IMG/VR virus record: IMGVR_UViG_3300033149_002604
Location: 32,914-96,913 of that record
Direction: 5' to 3' (one strand)
DNA from: a virus
DNA: 64,000 nt
Each line of letters starts with the position of its first letter. Position 1 is the first letter of the stretch. The translations under genes and the position numbers were made by a program. Below are positions 56,298 through 64,000 of this stretch, in pieces. The notes beneath the pieces are model-generated. The model was not told the DNA's origin, searched no databases, and was given only the letters and a program-made list of their open reading frames with translations.

Positions 56298-56501
56298 ATG
56301 AAGAACCTAAAGCATCAAAAAATTGAGTGGAAGACACCCCAACCAACAGACTTCCCATGCTCTGTCTGCAAAAAAAGATATGCCGAATACTTTTTAGAAT
56401 ATTCAAACAATATAATCACCGCCAAATTACCAGTCTGTAAAAATTGTAAGGAAATTTCAGTAGATGAATTTGAAAAGTGTGTGTTTGGAAAGGAGCTTTA
56501 A
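56298..56501 (+). CDS. Small zinc-binding protein
   Basis: CSVC...CKNC; AAGGAGG RBS. Confidence 0.65.
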   Translation: MKNLKHQKIEWKTPQPTDFPCSVCKKRYAEYFLEYSNNIITAKLPVCKNCKEISVDEFEKCVFGKEL

Positions 56502-56650
56502 ATGAACAGGGAAATGTTGATTTTAGGTATTTGTGAAGTGATTGATGGGTTGGTAAGGATTTTGTCACTTGGAAGAATCCACACCAATTTTTCATATAGG
56601 TGGATTTTCCTAGTAACAAAAAGGGAATTTGAGGAAAAGCAAACCAAAAA

Positions 56651-57028
56651 ATGAAAGGAGAGCAAACAATGAATAACGGATCCTATAAGAAAAAGGTGGA
56701 CTTGGCGGGGGAACTTGATCAAAAGATCAAGGAATACAACAAACAACTGACTAAACTGAAAGACGAAATAAAGACGATAGCAGAAAAGAAAGGTAAAAGG
56801 ATGCTAGAGGGACACGTATTTACAGCAGTAATTTCCCCCATGTCTTCAAGTAAATGTGAAGCAAGGGATCTGCTAAAATTTCTAAGAAAACGGGGGGAAG
56901 AGAAGAAGTTTGTTGATCTGGTAAAGGTAGACATGACTTCTGCAAAGCGATATCTAAAAGAAGAAATCAACACAATATCCAAAACGACCGTCAAGGAATT
57001 TGGAAAGATTCAATTCATTAAAAAGTGA
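56651..57028 (+). CDS. Hypothetical coiled-coil protein
   Basis: AAGGAG RBS before the internal ATG. Confidence 0.7.
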   Translation: MKGEQTMNNGSYKKKVDLAGELDQKIKEYNKQLTKLKDEIKTIAEKKGKRMLEGHVFTAVISPMSSSKCEARDLLKFLRKRGEEKKFVDLVKVDMTSAKRYLKEEINTISKTTVKEFGKIQFIKK

Positions 57029-57219
57029 GGGGGGACAAAAATGGAAACGATTGAACAAGCATTGGAAAGTTTACAAGAGATAGAAGATCAGGTTTTAGAG
57101 ATGTTAGAAAAAGAAGAGGCAGAACGGGAAGCAGAAATAAATGAAATGAAGCGAAAGCTAGACGAATTAATGAAAGAAGTGAGGAAAATGCAGACAGATG
57201 ACTGAAAGGAAAAATCGAA

Positions 57220-58335
57220 ATGACTAGCAAATGGAAATCGTTTACTGAAATTGACCCATTTAACCCACAAAATACATTAACAGGTAAAATCTGTTGTGAA
57301 CAAGGGGAAGAATACGGAAAGGTGATATTAACACAGATAAATGACGAATCCTGCAATCAAGTTATCTATTCAACCCCTAAGATGTATTACCCATTTGATA
57401 GGGAAGGAAATTTCTATTTTAAACAACCAACAACCCCAACCATAGCATATGTTAAGTATGATGGTACAAATATAGTCGGATATTCTTACCACTACCAAGG
57501 AATTAGATATGTTACATACAAAACAAGGCTGAACCCAGTCCTTAAGTCCAGTAAATTTGGAAACTTTTACGAAATGTGGTATGAAATCCTACAGAAATAC
57601 CCACAAATCCCACAAATAATCTTAAAGGAAGATATGAACCTTTCCTTTGAACTACACGGAATTCTTAACAAAATCCTGATCTTCTACCCTTTCCGCCTAG
57701 ACATACGATTGTTATTCGGAATCACATCAAATGGAAGCATAATCAGACCTGAACGATTTTCTAAATATGGAATTCCCATTGCTGAAAAGTATTATGAATT
57801 TAAGACTGGTGAAGATTTTCCCAAGACGTATAACAAACTGAGAGATGAATTGGAAAAATCCAATGAAATGAAGTCTGATTCAGAAATTGTAGGTCTAGAA
57901 GGGTTGGTAATATATCAGTCAAGTGAAAATGGTACAACTTGGAAGCAATGGAAACTTAAACCAGAAACCATTTTCAGAATTCATACGAAGCCAGGGATGA
58001 GCAAAAAAGACATAATGATTACATGTTACAACGCACTGGAAAATGTGGATATAGATGGAATTACATTTGAATTTGTGAAGGAACTGTTGCTGGAAGAATT
58101 CACAGAAAATGAAATAACCAGAAACGAATATAAAATCAAGCAGATAATTGAAGAAGTTAAAGAAGAACTTGAACTAAGATACCAGATAATAACAATCTAC
58201 AAGGAACTGAATTTATCTGTTAAAGAAGATAAAGAGCACACGATGAGAACCTTGAGTCAATACTTTCCATCCAACAAAATGAGATATGTGTACACAATAA
58301 TAAATGCTTATGAAGAAAATACCTTGACAAACTAA
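57220..58335 (+). CDS. RNA ligase-like nucleotidyltransferase
   Basis: TPKMYYP, KYDGTNI, KTRL, SFELHG, EGLVI, WKLK. Confidence 0.75.
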   Translation: MTSKWKSFTEIDPFNPQNTLTGKICCEQGEEYGKVILTQINDESCNQVIYSTPKMYYPFDREGNFYFKQPTTPTIAYVKYDGTNIVGYSYHYQGIRYVTYKTRLNPVLKSSKFGNFYEMWYEILQKYPQIPQIILKEDMNLSFELHGILNKILIFYPFRLDIRLLFGITSNGSIIRPERFSKYGIPIAEKYYEFKTGEDFPKTYNKLRDELEKSNEMKSDSEIVGLEGLVIYQSSENGTTWKQWKLKPETIFRIHTKPGMSKKDIMITCYNALENVDIDGITFEFVKELLLEEFTENEITRNEYKIKQIIEEVKEELELRYQIITIYKELNLSVKEDKEHTMRTLSQYFPSNKMRYVYTIINAYEENTLTN

Positions 58336-58362
58336 AAAAAGTAATTAGCTTATAATGGGAAG

Positions 58363-58590
58363 TTGTGTGTAACGGAGGGAAAAATGAAAAGAAAAAGAAC
58401 CTATCAAATCGTTTATAAGTGCAGACAGTGTGGACTTGAATTTTCCCCGATAGATGGGGATTTTGATAGAATCCTTGAATTCTTGTACAAGTCGATAAGC
58501 ACCCACACAAACAGGCTTTATGCAATTCATACTTGTAATGGGGACAAAATTGGAATAGCAGACTTAATAGGCATACATCCAATTAAATAA
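58363..58590 (+). CDS. Small zinc-binding protein
   Basis: YKCRQCG...HTC. Confidence 0.6.
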   Translation: MCVTEGKMKRKRTYQIVYKCRQCGLEFSPIDGDFDRILEFLYKSISTHTNRLYAIHTCNGDKIGIADLIGIHPIK

Positions 58591-58915
58591 CAAATAACTT
58601 CAAAAGCAAAAGGAAAGGAGAGAAAAATGTGTTTAAAGAAAATTGATTTATCGTGGCCTGTTTGGTTAAGTATCAGCATAGTGTTGTGGAATTTAGACAG
58701 AGTAAATATTTGGACTGTGGTTCTAATAGCACTTTCTCACATCCATATTACATATAACTTAGAAGAGAGAGGAGGTAAGACAAATGAGACAATTTAGAAA
58801 TGATGATCCATTCGCACCTTGGAATGATCCACTGGCAGATGAAAGAGATTATAGAAGATATTGTGATGAACAGCATATCCCAAAATGGGATAGATAATCA
58901 AAAAAGGAGAACGGA

Positions 58916-59146
58916 ATGAACTGGAAAGAAATAAAATCAGAATTAATAGATACCTGTCATGACAAATTGCTAAAAGACATTCAAAAGGCTAAAGAACACC
59001 TAGAAACAGCCGAGAGACTTCTTTGTGGGGATACCCCGAATTTACTTGAAGCTGCCACCCAAATGGAAATAGCCGGTGGTATCTTAGACTATGATAACTT
59101 CACTCTTAGTATATTTGACTTTGTAAATCAGATGCAAAAATATTAA
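58916..59146 (+). CDS. Hypothetical protein
   Basis: AAGGAG RBS. Confidence 0.6.
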   Translation: MNWKEIKSELIDTCHDKLLKDIQKAKEHLETAERLLCGDTPNLLEAATQMEIAGGILDYDNFTLSIFDFVNQMQKY

Positions 59147-59158
59147 TGAGGAAACAAT

Positions 59159-60601
59159 GTGAAACCACCAAAGAATTTTGATTTTCTTGGTCCACCCCCG
59201 TATGAACACCAGATTGAAACACTTCTTTTTACTAAATCTCGCCCATATGCAGGGATCTTACTTGAGATGGGTTTAGGAAAGACTAGGTGTGCCATAGATA
59301 CAGCCAGATGGAAAATTCCAAAAGAAGGAATCAAAAGTGTTTTGGTTGTAGCACCAACAAGCACATTATTTAGCTGGAAAAGACAAATAGAAACGTTTTC
59401 GGAATATACTGCAACAGTCTTAATAGGACCAAAGGAAAAACGAATTCACCTATTACAACAAAAGAAGACAAAGTTTTTTATAATTAACTATGAAATGCTA
59501 AAGCCTTTAATAAAAGAACTAACCAAGAAAAGATTTGATATGCTAATCTTTGATGAATCAGCAAGATACATTAAAAATCCAGAGGCAGGAAGAACCAAAG
59601 CTGCAATATATCTTTCAGATAGAAAATGGGTTAAGTGTAGACTGATTCTTACAGGAACCCCGATTGCGGACAAACCACTAGATATATGGTCCCAGTTTAG
59701 GGTTCTTGATGGTGGAAAAGCATTTTCACAAAGTTTCTACACATTCAGACACTTTTTCTTTGATGAAATAAGAAGGAGACAATGGAAGGAATACAGACTG
59801 AAAAGTGAAAGACATAAGCAAATAATTACCAAAACCATCAAGAAGTGTTGCATCCGAAAGACAAAAGAAGAATGTCTAGATCTTCCTGAAAGGATATTTG
59901 AAGTAGTTGAAGTAAAGATGTCACCAGAACTGAAACGATTATACAAAGCAATTGAAGAAAAGGTGTTAGATGAAATAGAAATAGAAGGAAAACAGATGAC
60001 TATAAAGAATATATTAACTAAATTGCTTCGACTACAACAAATCACAGGTGGATTTATAAAGACCGACCAGGGAACCGAAACAAAACTGGATTATACACCT
60101 AAACTAGACGCCTTGGTAGAACAAATAGAAATGATAATTGATAATGGATCAAGTGTAGTGGTTTGGTGTAGATTCCTTAAATCAATGGATATAATTGCTG
60201 AAGAATTAAAAAGAAGGAAGATTCGTTTTATAACAATGAGTGGAAGGGATGGAAAGAAGAAAGACCAGTTGTGGCAGAAATTTCAAAATTCAGACATTCC
60301 AGTATTTATAAGTCAAATACAGGCTGGTGGGGAAGGAATTGATCTTTTCAAAAAACATGAAAAATTCAAGGACAAGATTCAATATTGCATATTTTATGAA
60401 AATATGTGGTCCTTAGATTGGCGGCTTCAAGCCCAAGACAGAATTCACAGGATCGGCCAAGAAAATACCTGTATTTATAAGGACTTAGTGGTGAAAGGCA
60501 CAATAGATGAAAGAATACTACAAGTAATTAAGACAAAGAAAAAAGTTGCCGACTGGATAATGGAAGAGGGGATCGAATCCATACTAAGAAGGAAAAAATA
60601 A
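59159..60601 (+). CDS. SNF2-family helicase
   Basis: EMGLGKT, IFDES, LTGTP, AGGEGIDL, QAQDRIHRIGQ. Confidence 0.93.
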   Translation: MKPPKNFDFLGPPPYEHQIETLLFTKSRPYAGILLEMGLGKTRCAIDTARWKIPKEGIKSVLVVAPTSTLFSWKRQIETFSEYTATVLIGPKEKRIHLLQQKKTKFFIINYEMLKPLIKELTKKRFDMLIFDESARYIKNPEAGRTKAAIYLSDRKWVKCRLILTGTPIADKPLDIWSQFRVLDGGKAFSQSFYTFRHFFFDEIRRRQWKEYRLKSERHKQIITKTIKKCCIRKTKEECLDLPERIFEVVEVKMSPELKRLYKAIEEKVLDEIEIEGKQMTIKNILTKLLRLQQITGGFIKTDQGTETKLDYTPKLDALVEQIEMIIDNGSSVVVWCRFLKSMDIIAEELKRRKIRFITMSGRDGKKKDQLWQKFQNSDIPVFISQIQAGGEGIDLFKKHEKFKDKIQYCIFYENMWSLDWRLQAQDRIHRIGQENTCIYKDLVVKGTIDERILQVIKTKKKVADWIMEEGIESILRRKK

Positions 60602-61182
60602 TGCTGATGATAAACGAAGTACTTAATGAATATTCAACAAACCAAAATGACCTGTTAAACCATCGAATTGGGGAATTTGTAGAAAATGTATATGATATGG
60701 TTTCACAAAGGTTTTCCACAAAGCATATAGAAGAATTAAAAGAATCTGCCCTAAAAGAAATACTTACACATGAATTACTATACATGAATGCCTTAGAAGA
60801 GGCTGAATTAGCAGCAGAGAAGATAATTGGTGGATTATCCCGCAGTCAGATGGATAGGCTTCTTTCTATGATTGAATACTTAATAAACACAAATGGAATG
60901 GAAGCAATAGATTATAAATTCACACGTTACCCTGTCATTTTGACTTCCATTCAAGCCATAATGAAAACTGGGAAAGCAAGGCGTGGAAAACGATATTGTC
61001 CTGCATGTGGAAGTATAACCAGCTCAAAAGAAATCCAGTGTGAAAAATGCCATACTTACTTGACTATTGACAAACCGATAATTAAATTAAAAAGGATGAT
61101 TAATTCTGTAGTAAAAAGCTTTCTGAAGAGGGGAAATGAAGAGGATTCTTCAAACTTGGAATATGGGAGCCAAAAGGGTTAA
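60601..61182 (+). CDS. Hypothetical protein with zinc ribbon
   Basis: CPACG...CEKC. Confidence 0.65.
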   Translation: MLMINEVLNEYSTNQNDLLNHRIGEFVENVYDMVSQRFSTKHIEELKESALKEILTHELLYMNALEEAELAAEKIIGGLSRSQMDRLLSMIEYLINTNGMEAIDYKFTRYPVILTSIQAIMKTGKARRGKRYCPACGSITSSKEIQCEKCHTYLTIDKPIIKLKRMINSVVKSFLKRGNEEDSSNLEYGSQKG

Positions 61183-61807
61183 GGGAATCGCTTCACACAG
61201 ATCCCTTGATTGTAAGGTCTTCATCAAATACAACGGTGGTCTTGGTGTGACAAAGCCACTCAGGAAACTTTTACAAACAGCTTTAGAACAATATGATCAG
61301 AAAGACATCATATCAGCAATCAATAATTATTTCCATATCTTAACAAATTCAAACTACTTTTTTGAAATGCGTTACAAAGGATTAGGACAATTCATACATG
61401 CTGGATTGAACAGCAAAGGTGGATTTGTAAAATTCCTAGACAAGAACCAACCATACAAAAGATTCAGAAAGAAAAGTTCTTCAGTATATTTCAATGTGAA
61501 ACAGTCATTCAGCCCACTAACAACACAACCCTGTCTTGATGGATATGATGAAAAACGAAGGTTGTACTATGGCTTTTCAATTGAAGAAATAACAGCTATA
61601 ACCCAAGAATTTTTAGACGATGTTGAATACAGAATTGATACTGAAATCATTGGGAAAAAACCAGGATATTTTTATGAACTTGAACTTGGAATAGCATATC
61701 TACTGTTTACCAAGATGACCAATCCAAAACCAGATTTATTGCGGAAATTTTTTTCAGCATGGGAAGTAGAAAAGGAAAAGGTTGACTTAAGCAAGTGGAA
61801 TGATTGA
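61136..61807 (+). CDS. Hypothetical protein
   Basis: GAGGGG RBS, 223 aa. Confidence 0.65.
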   Translation: MKRILQTWNMGAKRVKGIASHRSLDCKVFIKYNGGLGVTKPLRKLLQTALEQYDQKDIISAINNYFHILTNSNYFFEMRYKGLGQFIHAGLNSKGGFVKFLDKNQPYKRFRKKSSSVYFNVKQSFSPLTTQPCLDGYDEKRRLYYGFSIEEITAITQEFLDDVEYRIDTEIIGKKPGYFYELELGIAYLLFTKMTNPKPDLLRKFFSAWEVEKEKVDLSKWND

Positions 61808-61825
61808 AAAGAAAGGAGGAAAAAA

Positions 61826-62041
61826 ATGATTAACTATCCTAAAACACTAGAAGAAGCTAAGAAGTATAGATATAACACATGGGCGGGAAATCCAAACGGC
61901 ACTCCCTATGATCCCACCCGTTGTGCATATGAAATATTTAAGAATTTCACAGCGTGGCAGTGTACAAGAAAAAATGGGTATGGTCCAGGAGGTCTATATT
62001 GTAAACAACATGCTAAGATTGTAGAAAGATGGGGGAATTAG
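61826..62041 (+). CDS. Small Cys/His protein
   Basis: RCAYE...QCTRKNGYGPGGLYCKQHA. Confidence 0.7.
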   Translation: MINYPKTLEEAKKYRYNTWAGNPNGTPYDPTRCAYEIFKNFTAWQCTRKNGYGPGGLYCKQHAKIVERWGN

Positions 62042-62042
62042 A

Positions 62043-62558
62043 ATGCGGTTCTTCACAGCAGACGAACACTATTATCACACAAATATTATCAAGTATTGTA
62101 ATAGACCTTTTACTTCAGTCGAAGAAATGAATGAAATTCTTATACAGAATCATAATGAAGTTGTAAAAAAGGGGGATATTGTAATACATGCTGGGGATTT
62201 TTCCTTTGCTAATAAGGATAAAACAGAAGAAATAATCAAACGACTGAACGGAGTGCATATATTTCTTAAAGGGGATCATGATAAATGGCTTCCACCCCAT
62301 ACAACCCAAATTTGGCAGAAGAAAATAGACAATCACTATATTGTAGTGTGTCATTATGCCCTGCGGGTGTGGCCTCGATCCCATTATGGAAGTTGGCACT
62401 TATTTGCTCATTCACATGGAAGATTAGAACCGATTGGGAAGTCTTGGGATATAGGTGTAGACAATAATAGGTACTATCCACTGTCTTTGGATGAAATAGT
62501 TGAAATTATGAAGGAAAGACCTGATAACTTAAACCTAGTTGAAAAGAAATTTTCATAA
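62043..62558 (+). CDS. Calcineurin-like metallophosphoesterase
   Basis: FTADEH, HAGDF, KGDHD, CHY, AHSH, DIGVD. Confidence 0.9.
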   Translation: MRFFTADEHYYHTNIIKYCNRPFTSVEEMNEILIQNHNEVVKKGDIVIHAGDFSFANKDKTEEIIKRLNGVHIFLKGDHDKWLPPHTTQIWQKKIDNHYIVVCHYALRVWPRSHYGSWHLFAHSHGRLEPIGKSWDIGVDNNRYYPLSLDEIVEIMKERPDNLNLVEKKFS

Positions 62559-62577
62559 AAGAAAGGAGATATTTATC

Positions 62578-62802
62578 ATGGAAAGTGTAATAGACATAAC
62601 AAACAGCATAATAATATTAATCCTTATCTTGGCTGCCGGTATTTTGTTATGGTTAATCATCAGGGAACTTAATTGTTGGTATTTCAAGATTAATGAAAGG
62701 GTGAAGCTTCAAAAAGAAATGAATGAAACCCTTAGAAGAATTGTTGATATACTTAACCTGCCTAGTAATTTAGATGGAAAAAATAATGATGTAGAAAATT
62801 AG
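62578..62802 (+). CDS. Small membrane protein (likely start 62578)
   Basis: TM helix then RELNCWYFKINE; AAGGAG RBS. Confidence 0.65.
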   Translation: MESVIDITNSIIILILILAAGILLWLIIRELNCWYFKINERVKLQKEMNETLRRIVDILNLPSNLDGKNNDVEN

Positions 62803-62819
62803 GATAAGGAGGGATTGAT

Positions 62820-62984
62820 ATGCCAACACCACTAAAAGGGGAATCAAGGTCTGCATACATAAGAAGGTGTGTAAAAGTACGACAGAAGGAACATCCAGAA
62901 GAAGATGTTGATCAATCGGTAGCAATTTGTTCATCAATGTGGGATCAATATAAAAAGAAAAGAAGCAAGAGGAAAAAGAAATGA
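62820..62984 (+). CDS. 54-aa basic peptide (not in ORF track)
   Basis: MPTPLKGESRSAYIRRCV...QSVAICSSMW...KKK; AAGGAGG RBS; ATGA overlap with next gene. Confidence 0.7.
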   Translation: MPTPLKGESRSAYIRRCVKVRQKEHPEEDVDQSVAICSSMWDQYKKKRSKRKKK

Positions 62985-63262
62985 ATAAAAAAGACATCAT
63001 ACAAGTGTTTCGTGGAAAGTCAAGATCAAAAGCCGTCTTGCTATTTTGTGCTGAATGTATGGGATATTCAAGACACAAAAATGTTCCAAAAGATTCAAAA
63101 GATTTAATACCATACAACATGGCTAGACGAAGGGTTACAGATTGTGAAGCATATGACTGTCCATTATGGCCATATAGACTTCCTAAGAAGACCCCGATTG
63201 AGCCCACGTGGTTGGAGGTAGAAAATGGAAAAGAGAAGAAAAAGGAGAAGAAAAGATCTTGA
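62981..63262 (+). CDS. Small Cys-rich protein
   Basis: FCAECMG...CEAYDCPLWPYR. Confidence 0.7.
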   Translation: MNKKDIIQVFRGKSRSKAVLLFCAECMGYSRHKNVPKDSKDLIPYNMARRRVTDCEAYDCPLWPYRLPKKTPIEPTWLEVENGKEKKKEKKRS

Positions 63263-63373
63263 CCCTTATGCTTCAATCCGAAGACCTATAGCACCACCAA
63301 CAAAACCCCACGAACCCAAAGTAAAATATAAGAGAAGCAGACTAAAAAAGGAACTGAGGAAGGAGATAGAAGA

Positions 63374-64000
63374 ATGGACATCGAACTAGAAGATTTAAAA
63401 TACATTGACAAATTCAAAAATTTACGTGTCCTTGTAATTGGGGACGTAATGTTGGATCAATATATTATAGGAACTGCGACACGTATATCACCAGAAGCCC
63501 CAGTTCCTGTTATAGAACTAGAAAGACAATGTTATTCGGTAGGTGGTGCTGGAAACGTTGCCAGAAATGTAGCTTTGTTGGGAGCAAAAACATACTTGTT
63601 TGGTTCTGTAGGAAAAGACTTTGGTGCTTCGAAAATAAGAGAGTGTTTGCACAACTATGATAATATAACGTACAAGTTTACCATATCAGACACCTTTGAA
63701 ACCACCACAAAGACAAGAATTATTGCAGATGGGGTTCAAATGATAAGGTTGGATCGGGAAGGAGATTCAGATAGGGATCAAACAGCACAGCTACAAAAAG
63801 AAAACCTAATCACATTCATAAAGGAAGAAGTAAAAGAAGTAGATGCTATAATTATATCAGATTACAACAAAGGAATCCTTCATGAACATATAACACCAAT
63901 AATAAAGGAAAATCTAGATGGTTTGGTATTTGTAGATGCTAAACCAGACAATTTACACAAATTTTATAATGTTCCCGCAATAATAAAACCAAACAAAAAA
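63374..64000 (+). CDS. rfaE1: D-glycero-beta-D-manno-heptose-7-phosphate kinase (HldE/RfaE domain I, PfkB family), truncated by window end; not in ORF track
   Basis: VLVIGDVMLDQYIIGTATRISPEAPVPV, GGAGNVARN, TTTKTRII, RLDRE, IISDYNKG, VDAK, IKPN. Confidence 0.92.
   Translation, partial: MDIELEDLKYIDKFKNLRVLVIGDVMLDQYIIGTATRISPEAPVPVIELERQCYSVGGAGNVARNVALLGAKTYLFGSVGKDFGASKIRECLHNYDNITYKFTISDTFETTTKTRIIADGVQMIRLDREGDSDRDQTAQLQKENLITFIKEEVKEVDAIIISDYNKGILHEHITPIIKENLDGLVFVDAKPDNLHKFYNVPAIIKPNKK

Noticed and set aside
1-64000. Stop-codon reassignment
   Set aside because: Long genes are intact in the standard code; the breaks are explained by introns or frameshifts

Overview
The window is a 64-kb segment of a tailed dsDNA phage (siphovirus-like). 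The host is probably bacterial, judging by sigma70-like promoters and GGAGG/GGTGA ribosome-binding sites (RBS). Positions 1-49,200 are a minus-strand morphogenesis block: DNA methylase, lipoprotein ClpP-like protease, terminases, portal, scaffold, Mu gpT-like major capsid, head-tail genes, two tail-tube paralogues, G/GT chaperone, tape measure, lambda-like M/L/K/J tail tip and tail fibre. Positions 49,700-64,000 are plus-strand early/middle genes: many small ORFs, a DNA ligase core, an RNA ligase-like protein, an SNF2 helicase, a phosphoesterase and an HldE-type heptose kinase cut by the window edge. Main points not visible in the ORF track: (1) the major capsid gene and one tail-tube gene are each split by a group I intron with splice sites readable from the sequence, one carrying a LAGLIDADG ORF and one ORF-less beside a free-standing HNH nuclease; (2) a glycan-modification cassette sits inside the structural operon, including a GT9-methyltransferase-kinase-radical SAM four-domain fusion, and together with the heptose kinase it suggests a phage-encoded heptosylation/capping system; (3) five consecutive fibre-like genes after the capsid gene carry signal peptides; (4) a 24-bp-period palindromic array lies at the strand switch; (5) several structured RNA leaders and a hairpin-stimulated -1 frameshift are present. 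All family assignments come from motif recognition by eye; no database searches were run.
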